Source: an uncultured virus (IMG/VR IMGVR_UViG_3300030673_000007) (Duplodnaviria > Heunggongvirae > Uroviricota > Caudoviricetes). Taken from it: a stretch of DNA of 64,000 nucleotides. The DNA lies in IMG/VR virus record IMGVR_UViG_3300030673_000007; one strand, 5' to 3'. Shown here piece by piece: positions 1-8,459 of this stretch. A program made the position numbers and the translations under genes. How positions within the stretch are numbered: the first letter of the stretch is position 1; each line of letters starts with the position of its first letter. The notes under the pieces are model-generated. The model was not told the origin of the DNA. It did not search any database and was given only the letters and a program-made list of their open reading frames with translations.

Positions 1-43
1 GGCCCAGCGCGTACAGGGCGATTCCGCCAGCAATGAACTTCAT
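1..43 (-). CDS. 5' part of a leaderless early gene running off the window (MKFIAGGIALYALG...)
   Basis: ATG at 43-41 lies 6 nt after the TAAGAT -10 box. Confidence 0.6.
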   Translation of the reverse strand, partial: MKFIAGGIALYALG

Positions 44-49
44 GTCTCT

Positions 50-78
50 ATCTTAGGACACACAGAGGCCCGTGTCAA
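50..78 (-). promoter_or_regulatory. Early sigma-A-type promoter
   Basis: TTGACA-N17-TAAGAT-AGAGAC-ATG; TTTCGAGAAA at 82-91. Confidence 0.85.
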
Positions 79-111
79 CTCTTTCGAGAAACACGGGCCG
101 GGTAGTTGGGG

Positions 112-396
112 TCAGTTGATCTGGATGAAGAGTGCACCGGGAGCGAACCCAGTGCCGTGGTACAGCTGCTCCCGGGTCATGGCCGGGGCGTCGTAGTTGT
201 TCGTCTCGATCATGATGTCCAGCATCCCGTCGAGGCGAGCGGTGAGGTAGGCGACGTCCGCCTTCGCCTTGCGGTAGACGGCGGTGTTCTTGGCGGTGTT
301 CCGTGTGAGCCACCGGGCCTCTGACAGCTTGGCGTCGAGGTCCTTGTACTTGCTGGAGATGGAGTCCAGCAGGGCCTTGGGGAGTGTGCTGCTCAT
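112..396 (-). CDS. Hypothetical protein (MSSTLPK...)
   Basis: ORF with phage-typical GC3 codon bias, abuts upstream gene. Confidence 0.75.
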   Translation of the reverse strand: MSSTLPKALLDSISSKYKDLDAKLSEARWLTRNTAKNTAVYRKAKADVAYLTARLDGMLDIMIETNNYDAPAMTREQLYHGTGFAPGALFIQIN

Positions 397-398
397 GA

Positions 399-524
399 CT
401 ACTTGCCTTCCGTGCAGGTGGAGCAGATGACCGTGACGGCCTTGGAGTAGGAGGGGAACGTGTGGACTGCGGTGGCGATGTTCTCGATCCGCCCGCATTG
501 GGGGCAGTGGAACTGGATGTTCAT
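399..524 (-). CDS. Small zinc-ribbon protein (41 aa)
   Basis: MNIQFHCPQCG...ICSTC, two CxxC pairs; purine-rich RBS upstream; not in ORF track. Confidence 0.65.
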   Translation of the reverse strand: MNIQFHCPQCGRIENIATAVHTFPSYSKAVTVICSTCTEGK

Positions 525-659
525 GGGGGGAACCTTCCTGTGTTGAGAGAGCCCTTCGCTCTGTAGCCCCTGCGCTGTTGATCAGACTCAGGGTTCCAGC
601 TCAGCATCCATGCCTTGCTGCCAGTGCTTGTCTTCGGGCTCTCTCTTGCTTATGTACCT

Positions 660-688
660 AGCTTAGGTCATGGGAGGGCCCGTGTCAA
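660..688 (-). promoter_or_regulatory. Early sigma-A-type promoter
   Basis: TTGACA-N17-TAAGCT; TTTCAAGAAA at 693-702. Confidence 0.85.
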
Positions 689-806
689 GCTATTTCAAGA
701 AATAGATCGAAGGAGTTTGGGGCAACCCTGCCCCTTCCCGCCCAGCTGGGAGGGCTTGTACCGTTTGTGCTGCGGGGCCCCCCGTACCCAACTAGAGAGG
801 CGCACT

Positions 807-1112
807 GTGGCGACTATCCACATCCACCTCCACCACGACTACCCAGACTCCATCGACAGAAAGCTGGACATCATCATGGCCGACCTCACCGCATTGCAGT
901 CCGCTGTCACTCAGGTCCTGTCCGAGATCGAGGACGCTGTTGCTGCCCTTGCCGATCTCTCCACGAAGGTTGCCAACGGCACCGTCGTACAGGCCGACAT
1001 CGATGCCATCACCGCCAAGCTCACCGGCGCGGTCACCTCGCTGGACTCCGCGGTCGACACCAACGACCCCGACCTCGCCGACACCGATGAGCCGCCTGTG
1101 GAACCCGTCTGA
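807..1112 (+). CDS. Coiled-coil hypothetical protein
   Basis: GTG after GAGAGG; heptad-like A/L/D-rich helix. Confidence 0.75.
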   Translation: MATIHIHLHHDYPDSIDRKLDIIMADLTALQSAVTQVLSEIEDAVAALADLSTKVANGTVVQADIDAITAKLTGAVTSLDSAVDTNDPDLADTDEPPVEPV

Positions 1113-1230
1113 CAGTTTCAGAATCTTCCTCAGTTCCCACGCAGGAGGATCCGCTGAACAAGGCGTACTAATCCCAGACAGGGCAAGGCCCCCGGTTCGA
1201 TGATGAGCCGGGGGCCGAGCTGTGTGTGGA

Positions 1231-1533
1231 TCAGGCTGCATAGGCATCGACCAGACCCGGGTTGAGGTAGGTGTGCTTCTGGAACAGGTGGAGGATCCAC
1301 CCGTCACGGACGACGTTGCCCTTGGCGTCCCACTGCTTGACCTCGATGCCCCCCATGATGTCTGCTCCCGGCCAGTAGCGCAGGCGGGCGCTGATGTCGG
1401 ACACGTTGCCGTCCCAGTACCTGATGGCGTCTTCCAGCTTGTCGAAGGTGGTGGGTTCGGGAAGCTCGATGGCTTCGACGATGGCGGTCAGCTCGATGCT
1501 GACCTTGTACTCGTTGCGGACTGGAGTGTTCAT
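1231..1533 (-). CDS. Hypothetical protein
   Basis: ORF with strong codon bias. Confidence 0.75.
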   Translation of the reverse strand: MNTPVRNEYKVSIELTAIVEAIELPEPTTFDKLEDAIRYWDGNVSDISARLRYWPGADIMGGIEVKQWDAKGNVVRDGWILHLFQKHTYLNPGLVDAYAA

Positions 1534-1536
1534 GGC

Positions 1537-1614
1537 TCAGACCTCCATGGTGCGGCGGGAGACGGTGATCCAGATGCCGAGGATCCGGATCCTGCGGGTG
1601 GTGGTGACCTTCAT
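1537..1614 (-). CDS. 25-aa peptide MKVTTTRRIRILGIWITVSRRTMEV
   Basis: Follows promoter and conserved GAAGGGCAACAGCC-ATG leader. Confidence 0.55.
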   Translation of the reverse strand: MKVTTTRRIRILGIWITVSRRTMEV

Positions 1615-1647
1615 GGCTGTTGCCCTTCCTTGATTGGGTATGTACCT

Positions 1648-1677
1648 AGCTTAAGGCATGTACCTAGCTTGTGTCAA
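1648..1677 (-). promoter_or_regulatory. Early sigma-A-type promoter with internal direct repeat
   Basis: TTGACA-N18-TAAGCT; AAGCTAGGTACAT occurs twice. Confidence 0.85.
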
Positions 1678-1692
1678 GTGGTTTTGAGAAAC

Positions 1693-1998
1693 TCAGTCGT
1701 GCTCCCAGTAGCTGCCGCCGTTGGGGCAGAACCCGTCCGTGTTCTCGAAGTCCGTGCGGCGCACGAGGCACCCGGTGTCCTTCACGTGGGTGCGTACGTC
1801 GGACAGGGCGAGCTTCCAGTCCATGGGGGCAGGCTCCTGTGCCGCCGCTGCGGCGAGCTGGGGTGTGTGAGTGGTCCTGCGGGAGCGGGCTACCACGATG
1901 GTCACGGTGGCCCACACGGCACAGAGCAGGGCGACCCCGGCATGTCCCATGGTCAGCAGGCCGATGGCCAGCGCGTACAGAACGAGGGAGAGCTTCAC
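1693..1998 (-). CDS. Membrane protein with Cys-containing C-terminus
   Basis: Two N-terminal hydrophobic segments; GTGA overlap. Confidence 0.7.
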   Translation of the reverse strand: MKLSLVLYALAIGLLTMGHAGVALLCAVWATVTIVVARSRRTTHTPQLAAAAAQEPAPMDWKLALSDVRTHVKDTGCLVRRTDFENTDGFCPNGGSYWEHD

Positions 1999-2210
1999 GA
2001 ACAGACCTTCTTCTTGAGGTGCTTGCGCCCGTGGTGCTTCATGAGAGCGATGAGGCGATCAGGGGTGGACTCGAAGTAGCTGATGCCATTGACGTCCGTG
2101 ACCCTGTAGACCGTGCCTGAGGGCACGAAGACGATGTTCAGGCCCATGAAGCGGTCGACCTTGATGCACTCGGGGTTGAGTGTGTAGTTCAGAGGGGGGG
2201 CTGTGTTCAT
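1995..2210 (-). CDS. Hypothetical protein, leaderless
   Basis: ATG 6 nt after -10 box. Confidence 0.75.
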   Translation of the reverse strand: MNTAPPLNYTLNPECIKVDRFMGLNIVFVPSGTVYRVTDVNGISYFESTPDRLIALMKHHGRKHLKKKVCS

Positions 2211-2216
2211 GTCTCT

Positions 2217-2245
2217 AGCTTAGGCCATGTAGCTGCCGCTGTCAA
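2217..2245 (-). promoter_or_regulatory. Early sigma-A-type promoter
   Basis: TTGACA-N17-TAAGCT-AGAGAC-ATG; TTTCAGGAAA at 2249-2258. Confidence 0.85.
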
Positions 2246-2250
2246 GCGTT

Positions 2251-2424
2251 TCAGGAAACGAACGCTGCCTGCATCCCGAGCTTCACGTCGAGGATCGTCG
2301 AGTCCACGTACTGCGTGATCAGGCGCTCAGCGACGGCGAACTCACCCAACACGATGGTCTCGCTGATCGAGTAGAACGCCACGATGCGGTCGAGCGCGGT
2401 GAGGCGGACAAGGGCGGTGGTCAT
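2251..2424 (-). CDS. Hypothetical protein
   Basis: ORF with GAGAGG RBS; start uncertain (2424 or 2451). Confidence 0.6.
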   Translation of the reverse strand: MTTALVRLTALDRIVAFYSISETIVLGEFAVAERLITQYVDSTILDVKLGMQAAFVS

Positions 2425-2502
2425 GATGGTGCCTCTCGTTTTCAGAATCATCTATGGGTGCAACCCGGCGTGGCCCGAGGATCACTCCCCGGGCCCAGCT
2501 GG

Positions 2503-2925
2503 CTACTTGGTGAAGTCGTAGTACTCGTCGCGGTGACCCACCCGAAGGATGGTGCTTCCCATCCGGAGGCTGCACCCGTCGGGGGCCTTGTCGTTCAGCT
2601 CGGCGTACACGTTGCGGAAGGGCTTGCCGTTCACGCTCTTGAACACCTCGCCGATGTCCTCGGAGAACGGGACGTCAAGCGGGGGCTCGGTGGTGAACTC
2701 GTAGTCCTGTGACTCGGAGAAGCCGTTGCTGTCGGTGCGCCGTGCCTTGTCCCTGCTGGCCCTGATGGTGATGGTCTTCCCACTGGGGCTGACCGTGACC
2801 GTGCGTACCGTGTAGGCGTGCCTGTCGCTGTAGAGGAACATGGTGGCCCCATCCCCCACTGAGGGGACGGTGGTGACCGCTGCGCCTTCCTGCATCCTGT
2901 TGATGAGCCCGCCGTAGAACTTCAT
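2503..2925 (-). CDS. Hypothetical phage protein (GDGAT...SDRHAYTV...YYDF)
   Basis: ORF with GGGAG RBS and codon bias. Confidence 0.75.
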   Translation of the reverse strand: MKFYGGLINRMQEGAAVTTVPSVGDGATMFLYSDRHAYTVRTVTVSPSGKTITIRASRDKARRTDSNGFSESQDYEFTTEPPLDVPFSEDIGEVFKSVNGKPFRNVYAELNDKAPDGCSLRMGSTILRVGHRDEYYDFTK

Positions 2926-2926
2926 G

Positions 2927-3127
2927 TCAGTTCTCCCGTTCCATGTTGAAGGAGCCAACAGTCTGGCCGTTGAGGTCCACGAGGGTCCCAGCGAACTGGC
3001 CCTCCTTGACGTGCTTGGCTGCGATGTTGAGGAGGCGGTTCAGCTCCCACTCAGGGGAGAACACTTCCTGATCCTGTCCGTCATAGAACGCTGACCCTGT
3101 GGCCTTGATGGTGAGTGTGAACTTCAT
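2927..3127 (-). CDS. Hypothetical phage protein (..DLNGQTVG..)
   Basis: ORF downstream of promoter and conserved leader. Confidence 0.75.
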   Translation of the reverse strand: MKFTLTIKATGSAFYDGQDQEVFSPEWELNRLLNIAAKHVKEGQFAGTLVDLNGQTVGSFNMEREN

Positions 3128-3167
3128 GGCTTCTGCCCTTCGGTTGTTGTTCCGGCTTGATGTCTCA

Positions 3168-3260
3168 AGTTTATGGCATGTACCTAGCTTGTGTCAAGCG
3201 AATACTCGATCAATCTTTTTCTGGAAACGACTTGCTATACGCGCGGGCGTGTACTAAGCT
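3168..3260. promoter_or_regulatory. Divergent pair of early sigma-A-type promoters
   Basis: Minus: TTGACA-N18-TAAACT (3197-3168). Plus: TTGCTA-N17-TAAGCT (3232-3260). TTTCTGGAAA between them at 3218-3227. Confidence 0.8.
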
Positions 3261-3266
3261 AGAGAC

Positions 3267-3440
3267 ATGAACAAGCCGCAGCCCAGCAACCGGAAGTGCA
3301 CCGTCGCGACCATCACCGATGCAGCAGACGACATCGAGTTCACGTGGACCGAGTGGGCCGACGAGGACGTCATCGAAGCCGCAGAGGCAGCTGTCGAGGC
3401 CCTCAGGGCGCTCGCCAACACGATCCAGAACAGGAAGTGA
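3267..3440 (+). CDS. Hypothetical protein, leaderless (MNKPQPS..., 57 aa)
   Basis: ATG 6 nt after TAAGCT; not in ORF track. Confidence 0.65.
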   Translation: MNKPQPSNRKCTVATITDAADDIEFTWTEWADEDVIEAAEAAVEALRALANTIQNRK

Positions 3441-3442
3441 CC

Positions 3443-3685
3443 ATGAACGCGATCATCACCTCCCCGGGGGCTACGACCTACAAGGGCGAGACCTACCGGT
3501 TGGAGCGCAGGGAGATCTGGAGCCCCAGCTCGCGCACCGGCACCCGTGTGGTGTGGTGCTGGGAGATCAAGTCCGGCCCCGGGCGTGGGGACTACGGAGG
3601 CAAGTGCGGATCCAAGCGTGAGGCCGAGACCACGGTCAAGCGCGCGATCCGCGCCTACGCAGCAGAGGAGGCAGCCAAGAAGTGA
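3443..3685 (+). CDS. Hypothetical protein (MNAIITSPG...)
   Basis: AGGA RBS, codon bias. Confidence 0.7.
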   Translation: MNAIITSPGATTYKGETYRLERREIWSPSSRTGTRVVWCWEIKSGPGRGDYGGKCGSKREAETTVKRAIRAYAAEEAAKK

Positions 3686-3697
3686 GCCCAGCTCACG

Positions 3698-3731
3698 GCC
3701 CCTCGTTCCTTCGGGAGCGGGGGGCTTCTTC
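3698..3731 (+). terminator. Intrinsic terminator-like hairpin
   Basis: GCCCCTCGTTCC-TTCG-GGAGCGGGGGGC followed by TTCTTC. Confidence 0.6.
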
Positions 3732-3961
3732 ATGCCCAGCTGGAGCTGCACCGGTTTTCTGAACCAGCTCGGTGCAGGGATCCACGCACGCTCGTCGAGG
3801 CGGAGCTGCGCCCGCAGTGTTTCAGAATCTTCTCGGGCTCCCCTCCCAGTAGGGAACGCTCGAACAAGGCGCACTAATCACTCGCCACTAATCCGGAGCT
3901 GAACGTGGAAGACCCCCCGCTCCCGGTCGAAGGGGAGAGCGAGGGGCCTGTCCAGCGTAGC

Positions 3962-4159
3962 TCAGTCGAAGGGCCACACCAGCCCGGCACGCCTGATCGA
4001 GGCGCGGAGGTTCTTGTCTGCCCGGTGGTCGGAGGGAGTGAGGTGGAAGGACGTCGAGGTGATGCCGTCGGGGAAGCCGACCCACCAGCCGCAGTGCTTC
4101 CGCTTCATCGTGCACCCTTGGGCCTCCAGCGAGGCTGCAAGGGCTGCGTAGCGCTTCAC
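3962..4159 (-). CDS. HicA-like protein
   Basis: 65 aa basic protein with HLTPSDHRADKNLRASIRRAG, the signature of actinophage HicA-like proteins. Confidence 0.65.
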   Translation of the reverse strand: MKRYAALAASLEAQGCTMKRKHCGWWVGFPDGITSTSFHLTPSDHRADKNLRASIRRAGLVWPFD

Positions 4160-4371
4160 AGGAGGGGGGCTGCGTGGGCGAGGTCACCGACGGCTGCGAG
4201 GCGCTCCTGAATGCTCAGGGCGAGGTCGGAGTAGGGCTGCACGATCAGGCTGACCGGCTTGCGTCCCGGGGCTGCTGCCTTGAGGAGGAGCGTGTTGTCG
4301 GGACGGTGCCATTCGAGGATGGTGAGGTCGCCGTCGAGGTAGGTGGTGTCGGGTTCTTGGTAGCTGCTCAT
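4156..4371 (-). CDS. Hypothetical protein, leaderless
   Basis: ATG 6 nt after TACTCT. Confidence 0.7.
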   Translation of the reverse strand: MSSYQEPDTTYLDGDLTILEWHRPDNTLLLKAAAPGRKPVSLIVQPYSDLALSIQERLAAVGDLAHAAPLL

Positions 4372-4377
4372 AGGTAA

Positions 4378-4469
4378 AGAGTACCAAGCTAGGGACAGAC
4401 TGTCAAGGGTTATTTCAAGAAACTAATGTCCAGATTGGCTTGACTATGCGCGTGCGTGTGTACTAAGCT
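4378..4469. promoter_or_regulatory. Divergent pair of early sigma-A-type promoters
   Basis: Minus: TTGACA-N17-TACTCT (4406-4378). Plus: TTGACT-N18-TAAGCT (4440-4469). TTTCAAGAAA at 4413-4422. Confidence 0.8.
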
Positions 4470-4510
4470 AGAGACATCAAGCCGGAACAACCTACCGAAG
4501 GGCAACAGCC

Positions 4511-4936
4511 GTGAAGATCCACTCCGACGTACTGACCAGCGCGAACCTGCGCACCGCCACCACCTACCGGGGCATGACCGGTGTCCACCTCTCCGAATGG
4601 ATCACGCGGGGCTCCCGCTCCCGGGCCCGCTCCTTCGACGTCAAGCTCACCGGCAACAGCCCCAGCCGCCCGAACTTCGGCGCAGGCGAGGGCGACGACC
4701 ACGCAGCCCGCTGGGATGAATGGGGCATCTTCATCGAGTACCTGTTCACCATCGATCCGGAAGCCATCGTGGGGGTCTACAAGGACTACGAGACGTTCCG
4801 CAAGGTGACCGGTGGCCGCTTCGACACCCTCACGGGTGACCAGACCCACCGCAGGCACAAGTGGGTCCCGAACGGCGACTACACCGCCAACTGCTCCTGT
4901 GGGGCCTTCACCGCTTGGGGGCCTGCCGCTGAATGA
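4511..4936 (+). CDS. Hypothetical phage protein
   Basis: Conserved leader GAAGGGCAACAGCC-GTG; codon bias. Confidence 0.8.
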   Translation: MKIHSDVLTSANLRTATTYRGMTGVHLSEWITRGSRSRARSFDVKLTGNSPSRPNFGAGEGDDHAARWDEWGIFIEYLFTIDPEAIVGVYKDYETFRKVTGGRFDTLTGDQTHRRHKWVPNGDYTANCSCGAFTAWGPAAE

Positions 4937-4951
4937 CACAGACCGTGGATG

Positions 4952-4977
4952 CACTCCCCCCTTCGGGGGGGAGTGTT
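4952..4977 (+). terminator. Terminator-like hairpin
   Basis: CACTCCCCCC-TTCG-GGGGGGAGTG. Confidence 0.65.
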
Positions 4978-5020
4978 CTGCGTTGTGCCCTAAGTTGTCG
5001 AGGTTGTTTCTCGAAATGAC

Positions 5021-5049
5021 TTGACGTAGGGACAGTGGTGTACTAAACT
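5021..5049 (+). promoter_or_regulatory. Early sigma-A-type promoter
   Basis: TTGACG-N17-TAAACT; TTTCTCGAAA at 5007-5016. Confidence 0.85.
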
Positions 5050-5089
5050 TGAGACATCAAGCCGGATCACCTACCGAAGGGCAGCAGCC

Positions 5090-5722
5090 ATGACAGACCT
5101 CTCCACCACCGACACCGTCAAGGACCACGCCGACGACGTTACCGAGATCGACGAGACCTACGGCAACGCACGGATCGAGTGGGGCAACGGTGACGACAAC
5201 CAGCCCGCGATCATCTGGAACGAGCACATGCAGTTCCACAACGAGCGGCTCGACGACGGCGAGCACTTCGGCCACTACTCCACCATGGCCACCCGGACGC
5301 AGGAGGTCTTGCAGGGCCTGCTCCCCGTCGGCTTCGAGTGCGCCGTGCAGTGGAGTGATCAGGACGAGCAGGACGGCCACCCGTTCCTCGAACTGACCGT
5401 GTGGTGCACTGAGGAGATCCCGGGCTCAACCCCGGTGGCAGCCGCCTACGGCATGTTGTGGCCTGCCATTGCCACCCTGTTCAACATCACCGACCCGGGG
5501 ACCTTCAACAGCCCGTACCTGTTCAGCACGCTGGCACTCCCGGCCACGACCGATGGGCAGCGCGCCGAGCTGGAGTACCTGCGGGGTGAACTGGACGCCG
5601 AACGGATCAGCACTGGGGAACTGATTGAGCTTCAGGGCCTTGCCGAGTACATCGCACCCGGGGACGTGCAGCTGCTGGAAGCGGCAGGCGTGCCTGAGTA
5701 CCCGCAGCGGGGCAGGAACTGA
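5090..5722 (+). CDS. Acidic hypothetical protein
   Basis: Conserved leader, codon bias. Confidence 0.8.
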   Translation: MTDLSTTDTVKDHADDVTEIDETYGNARIEWGNGDDNQPAIIWNEHMQFHNERLDDGEHFGHYSTMATRTQEVLQGLLPVGFECAVQWSDQDEQDGHPFLELTVWCTEEIPGSTPVAAAYGMLWPAIATLFNITDPGTFNSPYLFSTLALPATTDGQRAELEYLRGELDAERISTGELIELQGLAEYIAPGDVQLLEAAGVPEYPQRGRN

Positions 5723-5723
5723 C

Positions 5724-6002
5724 ATGGCCAAGGTCAAGACCATCGGCGACCGCAGCCGCGACGGCTTGCTGGAGATCATGGACACCAGCGTGAGCAATGA
5801 GGGCATCCACCGTGTGACCATCCGGGAGACGGTAGGCGGCAACTGCCTGATCGGTGGCTTCCCGGAATCCAAGGCCCGCACGCTGGCCAAGGCGACGATG
5901 AAGGGTGCCAACCGGACCAGCATCGTCAACCGCTTCACGTACCACACGTGCGAGTACGTCACCGTCGAGGTGTGGAAGCGGGAGGTCATGCCGCACAACT
6001 GA
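5724..6002 (+). CDS. Hypothetical protein (MAKVKTIG...)
   Basis: AGGA RBS directly after previous stop. Confidence 0.7.
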   Translation: MAKVKTIGDRSRDGLLEIMDTSVSNEGIHRVTIRETVGGNCLIGGFPESKARTLAKATMKGANRTSIVNRFTYHTCEYVTVEVWKREVMPHN

Positions 6003-6126
6003 GCACGGACAGTGGGAAGGGCTCGGGGAGAGATCCTCGGGCCCTTGCCTTGCGTTCACTTGTCGTACTGACACCGGCCACGGTATCAGTCTTCTGGCCC
6101 CTGCGCTAGTTCTTCAGAATCTTCTC

Positions 6127-6300
6127 TCAGATCCCGGTCGAGTGCATGTCGTGGCTGAGCGAAGGGCGCAGCACCCTGCCCCTCGGGGTATTGATCCACG
6201 GGTGACCCCGCTCCATGAAGTAGCGCTCCGGGATGTCCGCCCGGTTCAGCCTGATCCGCAGGCGTGTCATGTACGTTGCAAGCTCGTCGGAGACCATCAC
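6127..6300 (-). CDS. Hypothetical protein (57 aa)
   Basis: GTGA overlap with 6297-6569; not in ORF track. Confidence 0.5.
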   Translation of the reverse strand: MMVSDELATYMTRLRIRLNRADIPERYFMERGHPWINTPRGRVLRPSLSHDMHSTGI

Positions 6301-6569
6301 GGTCCACCCTCCCCGTCCCTCGTGTCACCCGGAGGGGGACTTGCAAGGGATCTCAGGATTCCAGTCTCCACCCGTTCGAGGGAATCGGCTACGGCCAGCT
6401 GTGCGTACACCGCCGCCAGAGCTGTCGCCTGCGCGTCGTCGAGGGGATGAAGCAACACGGAGCTGGCAAGGGACAGAGCACGCTCGTAGGGGGTCTTCTC
6501 GGGCTCCTGAGGGGGCTCAGGATCTGTCTCCGGGTCCCGCTCAGGGTCGGGCTGCTCGAACTCGGTCAC
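6297..6569 (-). CDS. Hypothetical protein
   Basis: GTGA overlap, codon bias. Confidence 0.65.
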   Translation of the reverse strand: MTEFEQPDPERDPETDPEPPQEPEKTPYERALSLASSVLLHPLDDAQATALAAVYAQLAVADSLERVETGILRSLASPPPGDTRDGEGGP

Positions 6570-6880
6570 CCGGCCAGCCCCTTCCGTTCCAGCTCGTCGG
6601 CAATGGTGTCCGAGAGCAACAGGGTCCACTCCATGAGGTGCCGTTCCGCGAGGAGACGGTAGGCGCGGGCCTTGGCTGTCCGCTTGGCGACCTCCACGGG
6701 CTCCTGACCGCGCTCGTGGTCCTCCCGGTACCGCTTGGCCCTGTCGACCTTGGAGACGGCTGCACACGGGTCACAGAGCTTCTCGTGGTGCCTGTGGTGG
6801 CGACGCACCGCAGCGATGGTCCCGTGCGGGGCCAGCCGGTTGCTTCCACGGGCTTCGTTTTCACTAACGAGGTCGGGCAT
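6566..6880 (-). CDS. Putative metal-binding protein (HGT..RRH..CxxC)
   Basis: GGAGG RBS; PHGTIAAVRRHHRHHEKLCDPC. Confidence 0.65.
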   Translation of the reverse strand: MPDLVSENEARGSNRLAPHGTIAAVRRHHRHHEKLCDPCAAVSKVDRAKRYREDHERGQEPVEVAKRTAKARAYRLLAERHLMEWTLLLSDTIADELERKGLAG

Positions 6881-6994
6881 ATCTCTTCCTCCACAGGGTG
6901 CGGGTGATGGCGGTGATCTGACAGAGGGAAGCAAGAACAAAAGCACCAGTCAGGAACCAGTTGGCCATTGCTCTCCCCCCAGAGTTGATACGCC

Positions 6995-7405
6995 TCAACC
7001 TCCCGTGAACTCACCATCGAGCTTCACGAACTCCCCGGGGTGCTTGACCTTCGTTGCGCCGTACTCGCGAAGAAGGCGGGACTCCTCAGAATCTTCCTGC
7101 ACTGGGTGGTGCCTGCGCCAGCAGTTGATGAAGTCGATCTCGGCCAGTGCGATGAGGGCCTCGAAGTCGGTGAGCTGAAGCCGGGCTGCGGCATCGACGG
7201 CGAGGTCGGCAAGGAGTGCCTCGGGCTTGCCTGCGTCGAACAGGATGACCATGGGCCTGCCGTTGGCCAGCTGGGCGTCGAGCCTGCTCACTTCCCCGGT
7301 GGAGCACCACCAGTAGTGCTTGACCCACACCACGCCGGAGGTGTCGAGGAGCACCGACGCATCGACCAGCTCGGCGAGATCGGCCTCGGAGATCACAACC
7401 CTCAC
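6995..7405 (-). CDS. Hypothetical protein
   Basis: ORF with GTGA overlap. Confidence 0.7.
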   Translation of the reverse strand: MRVVISEADLAELVDASVLLDTSGVVWVKHYWWCSTGEVSRLDAQLANGRPMVILFDAGKPEALLADLAVDAAARLQLTDFEALIALAEIDFINCWRRHHPVQEDSEESRLLREYGATKVKHPGEFVKLDGEFTGG

Positions 7406-8367
7406 GGCAGCAACCAGCTACCAGCGGAGCCCTGTGGGGGGTCCACGGGCTCAGCAGCACCTTCCGTGGGTACTGGTATGGGTCCGGGGCTGGGAGGGGC
7501 TGAGATCGAAGAATCTGCCTCGTCCTTGGCGATCTGGGCCTGTGAGCGGAAGTCTCCGAAGAGCACCCCGCCGAAGTTCTCGGACACGACCACGCCCTTC
7601 TCCGGGCCGAAGTGGGCCTGTCCGACGTTCCGGGTGAGTGCGATTCGTCGATCCCCCTCGGCCATGGCTTCCTCAAAGTGGGCCTGTCCGACGTCGAAGC
7701 CGTGGAAGGGCTCCCGGATGAAGCCACGAGAGCTGATCTGCCCGCTCCTGTCGACGATCCCCACCGGGCGGGTGCCATTCATCCGCGAGGTGAGCACGAC
7801 CTTCTCCAACACGCCCTCGGAGTCGAAGACCGGCTCGGCGAAGATGACGGTGCCGGGAGCGAAGGAGTGTTCCTCGATGCGCCGGAGCTTCTCAGAATCT
7901 TCTTCGGCCTTGTCAGAGCCGGATTCGTTTCCCGAAAGGTCGTCGAGACCTCTGGAGCTGCGCTGCTCCCGGACCACGGCCACCGGGTCCCGCCAGTCGA
8001 GGAGGGGCCGGGGCTCGAAGATGTCCGCCGTCATGGCGGCATGCGCTTCCTGCCACGCCGAGTTGATGTTGGCCTGTGCCCGCTCGACGATCCCCACCAG
8101 CTCCTCATCGGACTTGTCCAGCCAGTCCAGCTCACCCCACACGCTGGCCGCGAGGTCCTCAAGGTTGGCGATGTCCTCGGGGTACGGGTGTGCCAGCCAG
8201 CGTTCGGTGGCCAGAGCGCGTGTACGGGCAGTGGAGGAGGACTCGATCCACGGGCAGGGGTGGTAGATCGTGCTGATCCCGCCGTTGGACCACACGCAGC
8301 CCTCCACGAGGATCTGGGCGAGGTTGTCCCGGTTGCGGATGAAGAAGCGGCGCGGCGGAGTGGTCAT
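7402..8367 (-). CDS. Hypothetical protein, probably leaderless from a middle promoter
   Basis: ATG at 8367 follows CGTATCAAC; internal VGQAHF repeat. Confidence 0.7.
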   Translation of the reverse strand: MTTPPRRFFIRNRDNLAQILVEGCVWSNGGISTIYHPCPWIESSSTARTRALATERWLAHPYPEDIANLEDLAASVWGELDWLDKSDEELVGIVERAQANINSAWQEAHAAMTADIFEPRPLLDWRDPVAVVREQRSSRGLDDLSGNESGSDKAEEDSEKLRRIEEHSFAPGTVIFAEPVFDSEGVLEKVVLTSRMNGTRPVGIVDRSGQISSRGFIREPFHGFDVGQAHFEEAMAEGDRRIALTRNVGQAHFGPEKGVVVSENFGGVLFGDFRSQAQIAKDEADSSISAPPSPGPIPVPTEGAAEPVDPPQGSAGSWLLP

Positions 8368-8459
8368 GGTTGTTGATACGCCGGGGGAAGAAGGATCCGC
8401 AAGGCGGGTGCGTTCAGAATCATCTTCGGCGGGGCGGAGCCGGTGGGGCCATTCGTCCA

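Noticed and set aside
525..655. tRNA, hammerhead ribozyme or known riboswitch in the structured leaders
   Set aside because: No T-loop GTTCRA cloverleaf, no CUGAUGA/GAAA core and no aptamer consensus that I could recognise. Left as unclassified candidates.
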